The notes beneath the pieces are model-generated. The model had not been told where the DNA came from. It saw only the letters and a program-made list of their open reading frames with translations, and did no database searches. 64,000 nt of DNA from Thermoproteota archaeon (GTDB lineage: Archaea; Korarchaeota; JAOZGF01; JAOZFZ01): positions 448,001-512,000 of the forward strand of contig JAOZFT010000004.1 in the NCBI GenBank assembly GCA_027492035.1, in the 5' to 3' direction. Of this stretch, positions 1 through 10,143 are shown one piece after another (the first letter of the stretch is position 1; the number at the start of each line of letters is the position of its first letter). The translations under genes and the position numbers were made by a program.

Positions 1-129
1 TGATTTACCGAAACCGCATGCTGCACAGTACTTTCCCCTTACGTTGTAAGAGTGTCTTCCGCATCTTCTGCACCTTATGTGTGTTTTTCCTCTGGATCTT
101 TTGCCCATTGACGGTGTTCCCTTACCCAT
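1..129 (-). CDS. rpl37e: 50S ribosomal protein L37e (3' end truncated by window edge)
   Basis: Not in the ORF track. Manual translation from ATG at 129 gives [43 protein letters not shown], a C2-C2 zinc finger. It overlaps the end of the Sm gene, the conserved archaeal Sm-L37e pairing. Confidence 0.97.
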   Translation of the reverse strand, partial: MGKGTPSMGKRSRGKTHIRCRRCGRHSYNVRGKYCAACGFGKS

Positions 130-373
130 ATTTCTTCACTTCCGCTGCAGGTGAAACTATAACTACTGTATCCCCCCTGACAATGATTCTCCCTAACTTC
201 CTGGTTTTCTCCTCCATTATTTCATCTGATTCACTTAAAACAAGGTTCATGTGTGAATCGAAACTCTCTAACACTCCCCTTATTTCGGAGCCGTTTCTCA
301 ATCTGATAAACACTACTCTCCCAACTGCTTTCGAAACATAATCTAAGGCTGTTTCTGTCTCGGTTTTCTCCAA
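122..373 (-). CDS. Sm-like (Lsm/SmAP1) RNA-binding protein
   Basis: Sm1 motif [14 protein letters not shown] and Sm2 motif [13 protein letters not shown]; directly upstream of rpl37e. Confidence 0.95.
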   Translation of the reverse strand: MEKTETETALDYVSKAVGRVVFIRLRNGSEIRGVLESFDSHMNLVLSESDEIMEEKTRKLGRIIVRGDTVVIVSPAAEVKKYG

Positions 374-739
374 TACTTCTCCCCTATCACTTTTCCATTT
401 AAAACTTATAAAATTTGCGTTATTTTTTTAATTTAAGAAGGGCAGTTTTACTTTCCAATTTACTGCAATTAAAAATTTTTCTCCTTCAAACCCTTTGAAG
501 GAGGCTGCGTGTTACTTTTAAAAATTTCTTTTTAAAAAGAAACCTTTTTTCTTTCTTGGAAAGTTTATCCCTCAAAATTTAAATAGGTTATCTGGAAAAA
601 GTGGTTACTTTTTAAAAGTTAATTCTTCTATTTTAAAAGCAAGAGTTTATGGAAATCTTTAACTTAAAAAACTTTATGTGCATGAAGAAAATGGAAGGGT
701 GAACGCCCTTTCCTTTTTTTGGTGGAAAGGTGAGGATTT

Positions 740-1129
740 TTGTCTTTTTTTAAAAAATTATTTGGGAGAAGAGAAAGTGAAGAAGAGGAAAAACCAAGTG
801 AACTTTCCAGTTTAATGTTAGACACTGAACAAGTTTCAGACAGTGAAATATCTCTTCCAGAAATCCCTGTTGAAGGTGAAGAAGTAATCTATATTAAACC
901 TTATCGTTTAAGGTCTTTAGAAGACGTTGACACCGTCATCAAAGAAGTTATGGAGGAAAACAATATAGTGATACTTGATGTGACAACTTTGTCAAGGGAC
1001 AGAGAAACTATAAGAAGAGTGATTGAGAGGTTAAGGGGGGCAGTGGCAACTAGAGGTGGAGACTTAGGCCGTATACCCAGCGAAAGATTGATTATAACAC
1101 CTAAATTCGTTAAAATTTGGAAAAAGTGA
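740..1129 (+). CDS. sepF: Cell division protein SepF (archaeal type)
   Basis: Amphipathic N-terminus MSFFKKLFG, acidic linker, then SepF core (NIVILDV...GGDLGRI...LIITP); SD-like GGTGAGG upstream. Confidence 0.88.
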   Translation: MSFFKKLFGRRESEEEEKPSELSSLMLDTEQVSDSEISLPEIPVEGEEVIYIKPYRLRSLEDVDTVIKEVMEENNIVILDVTTLSRDRETIRRVIERLRGAVATRGGDLGRIPSERLIITPKFVKIWKK

Positions 1130-1168
1130 TAGTGAGGAGAGTTTCTTTCTTAGGTTTCCTCTTTTTCC

Positions 1169-3145
1169 TTAACACAACCTAACTCCTTCCAAATTAGTTG
1201 GTACTGTGGTTTCAATTTTTCTCATGGACCTTATGGCATGGGCTAACTCTTGAGATTTAGACTTCTCCCCATGCACTATTATTACTCTTGAAGGTTTAGG
1301 TTGTATTTTACCGGCATAAGATAAAAGCTGCATCCAGTCTGAATGTCCTGAAAAGCCTTCCACAGTGTAAACATCCATTTCTATTCTTATTATTTCTCCT
1401 CGTCCGTCGTTTGTCATGTAAACATTTCCTCCTTTACCTTGTCTCTGCACTTCCCTCCCTAATGTTCCATTTACTTGGTAACTGACAAAAATTATGCTGT
1501 TACGCTGGTCTGAAGCCATGTTTTTAAAGTATTCAACGGAAGGCCCTCCCGTGAGCATGCCTGAAGTAGCCAATATAATTGCTGAACCTTGCTGTAAAAT
1601 ATCTAATCTGGCCTCCCTACTCGAAATAGGTGTAAACAGTTCCGAAGTGAATGGATTCATTGATCTGTGAAGTATTTTATTCCTTAATGACTCCGACAAA
1701 AAGGAGGGATAAGTTGTATGAATGGCGTTTGCTTCAGCTATCATTCCGTCAACATAGACAGGTGCCTCAATCAATTTTTTCCTGTTGAAGTTTTTTTCAA
1801 GAATTAGAAGGATTTCTTGAGCTCTTCCTACACCTAGAACAGGTATCAAAACTGTTCCTTCCCTCCTCAAGGTTTTGTTAATGTATTCGATGAGTAATGC
1901 TTCAGATTTCTCCCTGGGGGGAAGAATATTTTTCACGGACCCGTAGGTTGATTCCATAATTAATGTTTCCAATCTTGGGAAACGGTATTCACTTCTTTCT
2001 AACAGGAGTGTCCTTTCAAACTTGAAGTCTCCAGTGTAAACGATATTATGCAGTCCCTCCCCAATATGGATATGGGTTATAGCTGAACCTAAAACATGTC
2101 CTGCATTGTAAAAAGTAATTTTCACTTCTGGTGAAATGTTAGTAACTGTTTCATATTCTAAGGGTATTGTGTGCAGAAGCTCCTCTTCTATGTCTTTAAA
2201 GGTGTAAATTAAAGGCCTTCCTTCTTTTCTGGCAACTTCTATATAATCCAGTTGTAGAAGCGCCATTAAATCTCTAGTTGGTTCTGTACAATAAACTGGT
2301 CCTCTGTAACCATACTTGAAAAGTAAAGGAACTGCTCCGCAATGGTCTAAATGTGCATGTGACACAACCACTGCATCTAACTCATCTATATCCAGCTCCG
2401 GTGCCCCTAAATAAGGAAGAAAATCCCTTTTTGAACCTAAGTTTATGCCACAGTCAAGTAAGATATTGCTTTCCTGCGTTTGAAGCAGGAAGCAGCTTCT
2501 ACCCACCTCTTTTGACCCGCCTAAACTTATCATCCTAACCCAGCTGTTCTTAAACACAGGTATCCTATGGATTCTACCTCCAGCCTTAGTGTAGAAACTT
2601 AGTCTTTGAGCAGAGTTGCCATAAACTATGTGCCTAACTGCGTGAATAATGCTTGATTTCACAATTTTTGATTCAACTGGTTTCCTTATTACTTTAGGTG
2701 TCCATAATGTCCTTTCTTTTATTTTTTGTAAGTTTTCTCCTTTTTGTCCAATGACAAGTCCAGGTTTTCCAGCTTCAATTATTACTTCCCCGAAAACAGA
2801 GTCGAAGTAGTACCTTTCGATATTAGCTTCTTTCTGGACAATTTTCTCTATTTCTCCTTTAGCTTTTTTAGGATCAAGCAGAAGGCTTCTCTCAAGTCTG
2901 ATGACTACTCTCTCCTTTAAAACCTTAGCTATTTCAGCAATGTAGTTGTCTGATTCTAAAAAGAAGGAGATATTGTCTGTATAAATCACGATGTAAGGGC
3001 CTTCATACCTTACTGAATTTATTTTAACAAAGTTTCCTGTTAAATCATAAATGACCCTACTTATTTTCTGCTGCAGCCCCTCTTCCTCCATCATGTCCCC
3101 TTTTTCCTTGAAAATTTTTAAGTGTAAATTTTCATATGTTGTCAA
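1169..3145 (-). CDS. fttA: Beta-CASP ribonuclease aCPSF1 / transcription termination factor FttA (likely start 3094)
   Basis: N-terminal KH domains (KPGLVIGQKG), MBL motif SHAHLDH, AGHVLGSA, FSGHSD, VHGE; downstream of the proteasome beta gene as in many archaea. Confidence 0.95.
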   Translation of the reverse strand: MTTYENLHLKIFKEKGDMMEEEGLQQKISRVIYDLTGNFVKINSVRYEGPYIVIYTDNISFFLESDNYIAEIAKVLKERVVIRLERSLLLDPKKAKGEIEKIVQKEANIERYYFDSVFGEVIIEAGKPGLVIGQKGENLQKIKERTLWTPKVIRKPVESKIVKSSIIHAVRHIVYGNSAQRLSFYTKAGGRIHRIPVFKNSWVRMISLGGSKEVGRSCFLLQTQESNILLDCGINLGSKRDFLPYLGAPELDIDELDAVVVSHAHLDHCGAVPLLFKYGYRGPVYCTEPTRDLMALLQLDYIEVARKEGRPLIYTFKDIEEELLHTIPLEYETVTNISPEVKITFYNAGHVLGSAITHIHIGEGLHNIVYTGDFKFERTLLLERSEYRFPRLETLIMESTYGSVKNILPPREKSEALLIEYINKTLRREGTVLIPVLGVGRAQEILLILEKNFNRKKLIEAPVYVDGMIAEANAIHTTYPSFLSESLRNKILHRSMNPFTSELFTPISSREARLDILQQGSAIILATSGMLTGGPSVEYFKNMASDQRNSIIFVSYQVNGTLGREVQRQGKGGNVYMTNDGRGEIIRIEMDVYTVEGFSGHSDWMQLLSYAGKIQPKPSRVIIVHGEKSKSQELAHAIRSMRKIETTVPTNLEGVRLC

Positions 3146-3827
3146 GAATCTTCTTCTTTTCTTCTTGAGTTAGTAAATGAACCCCCTTATTTGTTATTAC
3201 TGCTACGTCTATGCCGTCTCCTGTAGCACTGTCTCGGGAGATGGCTGACGATAAAGCACTGACAGCTAATTTTTCAGCTTCTTCTATAGTCAAATCTTTA
3301 CTGTACCTGCTCTCCAGAACTCCTATAGCTATAGGAGATCCTGAACCTGTAACTGTGTAGTCTTCGGAAGTTATTGAACCAAAAAATTCCACGTTGTAAA
3401 GGTGAGGTCCTTCTTCATCCACTCCCCCAACTAAGAACTGTGTTAGGAAAATGTTTGGTCTTGCATTAAATAATATGTTACCTAATAATGTAGCAAGTAT
3501 CCTGATTTTTATTTCTTCATTTTTCTCTAATCCATAAATTTTAGATACTGATTTAATATATCGTGTAAGTACTTGTGCATCAGCCACTAAACCAGCAATT
3601 GTTGCAGCTGATTTATCTGTCACTTTAACTATTTTATTTGCGTTTTTGTGGATTATCAGGTTCTCTGCTGTAGCTCTTTTGTCAGCAACTAACAACACGA
3701 AGTTTTTACCCTTCAAACCTATAGTGGTGGTTCCCTTAACCTTTCTTAAGAAATTATCCACGTTTTTCTTCACAAATAAGTTCTGCAACTGATTCACCAT
3801 TTTATTTAAAGAAATGGGACAGAACAC
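3132..3827 (-). CDS. psmB: 20S proteasome beta subunit (true start probably downstream of 3827)
   Basis: Propeptide cleavage site KG|TTTIG, ADKRAT, GSGSPIA, RDSATGD. Confidence 0.95.
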   Translation of the reverse strand: MFCPISLNKMVNQLQNLFVKKNVDNFLRKVKGTTTIGLKGKNFVLLVADKRATAENLIIHKNANKIVKVTDKSAATIAGLVADAQVLTRYIKSVSKIYGLEKNEEIKIRILATLLGNILFNARPNIFLTQFLVGGVDEEGPHLYNVEFFGSITSEDYTVTGSGSPIAIGVLESRYSKDLTIEEAEKLAVSALSSAISRDSATGDGIDVAVITNKGVHLLTQEEKKKILDNI

Positions 3828-4036
3828 GTTGGTAAAGGAAGTGGAAGCATTAACTTATTCATGGGAGGAGGAAGTGATTCTTGGAAAGAGGAAAGAACAA
3901 AAGTTTTTTATTTTATTAAGAAGTTCGTTTCACGAATTAACATAGAAAGATGGTATCAATTATTCTTAAATCTTTCCTTTTTTAGGAAGTATTTTTATGG
4001 AAACTTTATTTTCCCCTTTTCAAAGATGAGTGTAAC

Positions 4037-4486
4037 ATGACCGTTTACACTTTAATAGATGAAGGTTTAGCTAAGAAAGGATTTTCTTTTATCTTTAACG
4101 GGGGCACTAAAATATGTGAAACCTGTGGGTTAAAGTCTGTTTGTTTAAACAATTTAGAGAAGCAGCGGAGGTTTGTGGTTGTTTCGGTTGAAGATAAAAG
4201 CTTCCTTTGTCCATTAACAGGTAAAAAACAAAAACTTGTCCAAGTTGACTTTGAACCGGTTGAGGCTGCTGTAAACATGCAGAATATTTTTACAAATGTT
4301 CCTTTCAATTACCAAGGAATTAACTGTGAATTCGTTAACTGCGAAAACTATCTTTACTGTAATTCACCATACTTGAGAAATGGTGAAGTTTGTATTATTT
4401 TGGAAACAATAAAAGAAGTCCAGCGGTGCAGAAAGAATTACAAATTAACCCTTTGCAAAGTTTTGCCCAGGAAATATATGGAATAA
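4037..4486 (+). CDS. UPF0179 family Cys-rich archaeal protein
   Basis: TLI...LAKKG.F.F.G...CETC.LKSVC..NLE pattern with a second Cys cluster, typical of UPF0179. Confidence 0.8.
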   Translation: MTVYTLIDEGLAKKGFSFIFNGGTKICETCGLKSVCLNNLEKQRRFVVVSVEDKSFLCPLTGKKQKLVQVDFEPVEAAVNMQNIFTNVPFNYQGINCEFVNCENYLYCNSPYLRNGEVCIILETIKEVQRCRKNYKLTLCKVLPRKYME

Positions 4487-4497
4487 GGTTTAGTTTC

Positions 4498-5286
4498 TTA
4501 TTTCTTCCCCTCTTTTTCTCTCCCTTCCCTCTTTTCACCTAATTTAAAAACTTCTATTATTTTTGCTTTCCTGTATTTAGGTGTGTATTTTTTCACATAG
4601 TTAATGAATTGCAATTTTTTAAGCAGTAAGTCTTCAGACAATAAAATGTTTTCCGGTAACTCCACTTCCACTAACTCATTGTTCAAAGAAATTTTCTTTG
4701 GGGGTACACCAAAAACTTCCTTAAAAAGTGCTTTAATTTTTTCGTTAGGACTCCTTATAATCTCCTTTATTTTCACTTTATAGGTGACTTCATGGCCTGC
4801 TTGAGGGTGGTTAAAATCAACAATCACCCTCCCCGCATTTACAGCTTTAATTGTTCCTACCGCCCCTTCCAGTTGCACTTTCATTCCAGGTTTTGGGTTA
4901 ATGTTTCTTTTCGTAAACCTTCTTAGAATATATGTTTTAACTAGGTTAGGGTCACGTTCTCCAAAAGCTTCTGAAGGCTTTAAAGTAATTGTTGTTTCTT
5001 CCCCTTCTTTCATCCCCACAAGTTTCTTTTCAAGTTTATCTAGTAACCATTTAGAACCTACAATGTCAAGTCTAGGCCCATATTTAACATGTTCATCAAA
5101 AATTTTGTTTTCTTCAGCTACTCTTCTACTGGTTGTGTCAAAAACTGACCCGTCTTCGATTCTGGCAGTATATTCCACCCGAATAAAATCTCCGAAATCA
5201 ACTGTTTCCTCTTTACTCCTAACTATTCTTGCTTCTTTAACGCCACTCTTCACTGCAGACTTGCTCTCCTTAACTGTTTTAGACAT
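4498..5286 (-). CDS. FKBP-type peptidyl-prolyl isomerase, long archaeal SlyD-like form
   Basis: GDFIRVEYT...VFDTT, PSEAFGERDP, VDFNHPQAG, plus an archaeal C-terminal domain. Confidence 0.92.
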   Translation of the reverse strand: MSKTVKESKSAVKSGVKEARIVRSKEETVDFGDFIRVEYTARIEDGSVFDTTSRRVAEENKIFDEHVKYGPRLDIVGSKWLLDKLEKKLVGMKEGEETTITLKPSEAFGERDPNLVKTYILRRFTKRNINPKPGMKVQLEGAVGTIKAVNAGRVIVDFNHPQAGHEVTYKVKIKEIIRSPNEKIKALFKEVFGVPPKKISLNNELVEVELPENILLSEDLLLKKLQFINYVKKYTPKYRKAKIIEVFKLGEKREGREKEGKK

Positions 5287-5477
5287 CGCAAAACCCTCTA
5301 AACCCTTGAAGAATTCCTCAACGAATTTTATCCCTTTTTAAATGATTCTGTTTAGGTCCTAAAAATTTAGATGAAGTCTCTTTTCCTCTAGAAAATCTGT
5401 GAAGGAATTTTTCTTTTAAATCATTACGTTTTCTCACAGACTTATTTTTTAGAAAGGTTCTCTAAGGAAAATCATAT

Positions 5478-6929
5478 TTAACCTTTCACAACCCCTACAG
5501 GTTTCATCCTGACTACTAACAGAGAAACTCCTGCTTTATGCATGGATAAAGTAACTTGATCGACATTTTTATAGCTTCCAGGTGCCTCTTCTGCAGCTAC
5601 AGCGAAAGATGCAGGTTTTACATAGATCCCTCTGCTCTGGAGTTCACTTACTACCTGCCTACCTGAATACCTCCTCTTCGCTGCTGCTCTGCTTAAAGTC
5701 CTCCCGCTTCCATGACATGTTGAACCGAATGTTTCCTCCATTGCTTTCTTTGTTCCAATTAAAACATAAGATGCAGTGCCCATTGAACCGGGAATTAATA
5801 CAGGTTGTCCAATTTCTCTATATTCTATAGGTATTTCTTTCCTCCCTGGCCCGAAAGCACGTGTAGCTCCTTTTCTATGCACATAAACCCTAATTTTTTC
5901 CCCATCCACTTCATGTTCTTCAAGTTTCGCGATGTTATGAGCAACATCATAAACTACCTTCATTCCAAGGTCTTCAGAGCTTGCGTTGAAGATTTTCTCA
6001 AAGGTTTCCCTTGTCCAATGTGAAATAAATTGTCGATTAGCGAAGGCATAATTTACTGCACATTTCATTGCTTTAATGTAATCCTCAGCCTCTCTCGACT
6101 TCACATATGCGCAGGCAAGCTGTTTATCCGGTAACTTAAAATCCAGTTTGTTTGAATAGCCAAGCATAACCTTTAAGTAATCTGTTGCTATTTGATGACC
6201 GAATCCCCTGCTTCCCGTGTGGAGCATGACAACAATTTGTCCAAGTTTTTGGAAACCAAGTTTCTCAGCTATTTCTTTATTGAAGATTTTGTCTACAACT
6301 TGAATTTCTAAGAAGTGATTACCTGACCCGAGGCTCCCCAATTGGGGGCAGCCTCTTTGTTTAGCTCTTGAGCTAACCTTAGCGGGGTCAGCTCCTTCCA
6401 TCTTTCCGTTTTCTTCAATATATCTTTCATCACTCTCTAAACCGTAACCATGCTCAATAGCCCATTGGGCACCTTCAACACAGATTTCCTCTATCTCTCT
6501 AACCGTGAAACGGATTTTCCCTTTACTTCCCAAACCTGAAGGCACATTTTCAAACAATTTATCAATTAAATTTTTCAATTTAGGCTTCACATCCTCAAAA
6601 GTAAGAGAAGTAACCATTACCCTAACTCCGCAGTTAATATCGAAACCCACTCCTCCAGGGGAAATAATTCCCTCTTCAGTGTCAAAGGCAGCAACCCCGC
6701 CAATGGGAAAACCATAACCCCAATGTATGTCAGGTAAACCTATAGCATATTTCTGTATCCCAGGGAGCATGGTTATGTTAGCTAACTGATCTAAGGCTCC
6801 TTTCTCAACTCCTTGGAGCAAAGATTTTAAAGCAATAACTAAACCCTCTGTTTTCATGCCTTTCTTATAACTTTTAGGAAGTAACCATCGCACTTCATCT
6901 ATTTGTTTCAGGAAAGACTCAACTCCCAT
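5478..6929 (-). CDS. rtcB: RNA-splicing ligase RtcB
   Basis: PDIHWGYGFPIGG, GFDINCG, GSGNHFLE, HTGSRG, HRKGAT, STCHGSGR; ATG at 6929 with GGAGGT SD. Confidence 0.97.
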   Translation of the reverse strand: MGVESFLKQIDEVRWLLPKSYKKGMKTEGLVIALKSLLQGVEKGALDQLANITMLPGIQKYAIGLPDIHWGYGFPIGGVAAFDTEEGIISPGGVGFDINCGVRVMVTSLTFEDVKPKLKNLIDKLFENVPSGLGSKGKIRFTVREIEEICVEGAQWAIEHGYGLESDERYIEENGKMEGADPAKVSSRAKQRGCPQLGSLGSGNHFLEIQVVDKIFNKEIAEKLGFQKLGQIVVMLHTGSRGFGHQIATDYLKVMLGYSNKLDFKLPDKQLACAYVKSREAEDYIKAMKCAVNYAFANRQFISHWTRETFEKIFNASSEDLGMKVVYDVAHNIAKLEEHEVDGEKIRVYVHRKGATRAFGPGRKEIPIEYREIGQPVLIPGSMGTASYVLIGTKKAMEETFGSTCHGSGRTLSRAAAKRRYSGRQVVSELQSRGIYVKPASFAVAAEEAPGSYKNVDQVTLSMHKAGVSLLVVRMKPVGVVKG

Positions 6930-7082
6930 TTTCTTACCTCCTCTCAACCCTTTTTTTTAACATTTGTGCCTTTAAAAAATCTAGGAGAACAAAATAAAAA
7001 CAGAAACCTTTTAAATATTTCATAGGAAAAATAAAGCTTTAAAATGTAAAGTAAATAAATTTTCCTCAATAAAAGGAAATGG

Positions 7083-7748
7083 ATGGTTGTTTTGATAGAA
7101 GATGAAATGAGAAAAGCTTTAGTTAAATTAAAAAAAATAAATGAAATGTTTGATTCATTAATTGTTTCAAGTTCAGACGGTCTCCCAGTAGCCTCTTTTG
7201 TTAAGAAAAAAGAGGATGAAGACAAATTATCAGCTATGACTGCAACTCTTCTTGCAATAGGGGAAAGGATAACAGATGAACTTGACGTTGGAGGAATGGA
7301 AGAAATCTGGATACGGGGGAAAAACAAGGATGTGTATTTTAAATCGATCGGTTATGATTTGATACTGGCAGCCACAATCAACAAACCAGCTAAACTAGGT
7401 GTAATCCTTTACGATGCAAAAAAGGCAGTTAATCAACTTAGGAAACTTGCTGAAGAAGCCCAGAAACAGTATGAAACACCAGAATTACAGGCAAATGTGA
7501 AAATAGAGGAAAGAATAGAGGGGGAGCTAGAAAAAACTGAGAGGGAAGGGGTAGAAGTAAAAACAGGAGAAGAATTGGAAGTATCTCCAGCTTCAGGTTC
7601 AATTGAAGAAATCGAACATGAACCATTAAAAGAAGAGAAACAGGAAGAAAAGGAGGGGAGAGTAGAAACCAAGAAGCCGGTGGAAGAGACTAAGGAAAAG
7701 AGGGAAGAGGAGGAAACAAGTGGAGAAGAGATCAGCTGGTTCTATTGA
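7083..7748 (+). CDS. Roadblock/LC7 (MglB-like) protein with ~100-aa acidic C-terminal extension
   Basis: LIVSSSDGLPVAS...LSAMTATLLAIGERI..EL..G roadblock signature in residues 1-120; Glu-rich low-complexity tail ending ISWFY. Confidence 0.88.
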   Translation: MVVLIEDEMRKALVKLKKINEMFDSLIVSSSDGLPVASFVKKKEDEDKLSAMTATLLAIGERITDELDVGGMEEIWIRGKNKDVYFKSIGYDLILAATINKPAKLGVILYDAKKAVNQLRKLAEEAQKQYETPELQANVKIEERIEGELEKTEREGVEVKTGEELEVSPASGSIEEIEHEPLKEEKQEEKEGRVETKKPVEETKEKREEEETSGEEISWFY

Positions 7749-8337
7749 AACCCCCCCTGAAGCTTTTCTAAAAAGTGAAGACTCCTCTAAAAAAGTAAAA
7801 ATTTTAGTTACAGGTCCTTTCAACGCAGGAAAAACAACCTTCATAAAAACTTTAAGTATAATTCCTCCTGTATTGACTGAAAAAAAGATTTACTTAGGCA
7901 ATGCCAAATGTTCAACAACTTTAGCCCTTGACTTCGGGATAACTTATTTGCAAAACTATAAATTATATCTTTTCGGCACTCCTGGACAAGAGAGGTTTAA
8001 TTTCCTCTTGGAAATCTTAAGCAAAGGAATTGATGGCTGTATAGTTCTGTTAGATGTTACGAACCGGGCTTTTGATGAGGACTTAAAAAAGTACTTGTCA
8101 CTCTTTGGGAAGGGAAAAGTACCTATGCTAATAGCTTTGAACAAAACAGATCTGAAAGAAGTAAACATTGAGATCTTGAAAGAAAAGCTTCATGTAAACA
8201 TTCCTCTCATAAGCATAACAGCTAAAGACAAAAGTTCCTCAATGAAAGCATTAGAAAAAATAATTTCACTTATTACGCAACCCTTTACTGAAAAACTTGG
8301 TGAAAAACAAGAAAAAGTTGTTGTATCAATCGATTAA
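7720..8337 (+). CDS. Small GTPase, MglA/CvnD-like
   Basis: G1 GPFNAGKTT, G2 TTLALDFG, G3 GTPGQERF, G4 NKTD, G5-like TAK; GTG start with GAGGAGG SD, overlapping the roadblock gene. Confidence 0.88.
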   Translation: MEKRSAGSIETPPEAFLKSEDSSKKVKILVTGPFNAGKTTFIKTLSIIPPVLTEKKIYLGNAKCSTTLALDFGITYLQNYKLYLFGTPGQERFNFLLEILSKGIDGCIVLLDVTNRAFDEDLKKYLSLFGKGKVPMLIALNKTDLKEVNIEILKEKLHVNIPLISITAKDKSSSMKALEKIISLITQPFTEKLGEKQEKVVVSID

Positions 8338-8364
8338 AGCCTGTTCTTTCTCTTATTCATGTTT

Positions 8365-10143
8365 TCATTTTTCCTCTATCTTCTTAAGTTGTTTATTGTA
8401 CATTTCAATTATTTCCTTCGTGGTAGTTGCTTGTTCAGCTGATTTATCGTCTCTGTACCTTCCAGTAAACCTCGGAAACCTAATTGCTAAGCCAGCATCT
8501 TCTCTAACTGAATTTTTGGCGCAAGTGTGTACAGGGCTTAACGTTATTTCATCACCAATTACTTCAATAACTTTACTTGGGACAAACCAGACGTCTGCAT
8601 CCAACTCAGCCCTAACTCTGGCGTGTCTACTTTCCATTTTGAAAGGGTTCAAAATTTTTGGTAAATTCGATAAGTCCTCATCAGTGAAACCGGTACCGCA
8701 CTTACAAACTGTTTCAAAAACATCCTCTTCAGAGTTGTAGGAAGCAAGCAAAAGCGCACCATAAATTCCTTTCCTTTTCCCTTTGCCGTAGTAAGCTCCA
8801 ACAATCACTAGGTCAACTGGTTCAATCATTTTACTCATGTAAGAACGTTTAAGTTTAATCCATAGAAATTCTCTCTTCCCAGCTCTATAAATTGATTTTT
8901 CAGATATGTCCTTAGCTATTAATCCTTCACAACCATCCTCTATAGCCCTTAAAAAGAAGTTTTCCATTTCTTCAGGACTTGAAACAATTTCTGACTCAAC
9001 AATTTTTGTTCTTTCCCCTTCAGAAAGAACTTTCCCTAAAACCTCTCTCCTCTCCAAATAACTCCTGTTTGTTAAGTCCTCACCATCAACGAATAAACAC
9101 TCAAACACCATAAGGGAGACAGGGTACTCTCTTAAAGCTTCCTGAATTCCGTACTTTCTTCTCCTATGCATTAGTTCCTGGAAAGGCCTTAATTCCCCTG
9201 TTTCAGGTTCAACAGCTACACATTCAGCTTCAAATATTGCAGTATCAGCTTTAACATGTAGTTTAGTCAGTTTAACAACGTCAGGATAATGGAAAGTGAT
9301 GTTTTCAAGTCTTCGAGAAAATATGGAAACGTTATCTCCAACTTTATGGATTTGCATCCTTTCTCCGTCATATTTATACTCAACAGCGCATTTTCCACCC
9401 ATTTTCTCCAAAATTTCTTCTGGCGAAGCAAGCCTCTGAGCTAGCATAGGTCTTAAAGGAATACCTGGATGAACCCTAAACTCTTTCAATCCATCCAAAC
9501 CCTTAGAGGCAACTGTTTCAGCTACAAGACCTAAGTCGCTGGAAATATTATAAGCTCTCTCTAAAACAATTCTTTGATCCCTTGAACCCAAGAAATGTAG
9601 AGCTAAAGCCTCTAGAATAGTGGCATCAGCTACTCCCAGCCTTAATCTACCAGTCACGATTCTGAGAATGTATTTACCCTCCAAAGGAGAAGCTTTCATT
9701 AATAAACCGGCTAAAATGTCTAATTTAATATCTTGAGATTTTTTACCTGAAGCCCTAGCTATCTTATCTAACCCATTATAAACCTCCTTAAGCTCCAAAT
9801 CTTCTTCTTTACCAAGAAAAGACAAAAGAGAAGACTGAGTTTTAATTCTTAAAGCCTTTTCGCAAGTTAAACCTAAATCACCTGTTTCAACAAACCAACT
9901 ACTCAATTTCTTCAAACTAATCCCTGTAGCTCTTTCTATACCTCTTAAAGCCAATTTATCAGCTATGCCAATCTCTAAACCAACATAGTCAGGATGAAGT
10001 TTTCCCTGCAATAAATTAACCAACCACTTTATTTCATTTACAGGAGTAACCTTAAACAAATCCACGATTAGATCAATCATTTCCAACCTTTTGGTAGTAG
10101 CTTCGATCCTGTTACAGAACTCAGCGAAAATCTTAAACTTCAT
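8365..10143 (-). CDS. lig: ATP-dependent DNA ligase
   Basis: Motif I EYKYDGER, EGLIAK, WIKLK, RFPRF. Confidence 0.97.
   Translation of the reverse strand: MKFKIFAEFCNRIEATTKRLEMIDLIVDLFKVTPVNEIKWLVNLLQGKLHPDYVGLEIGIADKLALRGIERATGISLKKLSSWFVETGDLGLTCEKALRIKTQSSLLSFLGKEEDLELKEVYNGLDKIARASGKKSQDIKLDILAGLLMKASPLEGKYILRIVTGRLRLGVADATILEALALHFLGSRDQRIVLERAYNISSDLGLVAETVASKGLDGLKEFRVHPGIPLRPMLAQRLASPEEILEKMGGKCAVEYKYDGERMQIHKVGDNVSIFSRRLENITFHYPDVVKLTKLHVKADTAIFEAECVAVEPETGELRPFQELMHRRRKYGIQEALREYPVSLMVFECLFVDGEDLTNRSYLERREVLGKVLSEGERTKIVESEIVSSPEEMENFFLRAIEDGCEGLIAKDISEKSIYRAGKREFLWIKLKRSYMSKMIEPVDLVIVGAYYGKGKRKGIYGALLLASYNSEEDVFETVCKCGTGFTDEDLSNLPKILNPFKMESRHARVRAELDADVWFVPSKVIEVIGDEITLSPVHTCAKNSVREDAGLAIRFPRFTGRYRDDKSAEQATTTKEIIEMYNKQLKKIEEK

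Noticed and set aside
7720-7760. Possible frameshift fusion of roadblock and GTPase near the C7 run
   Set aside because: The GTPase has its own GTG with a strong GAGGAGG SD, and the C-run lies after the roadblock stop.
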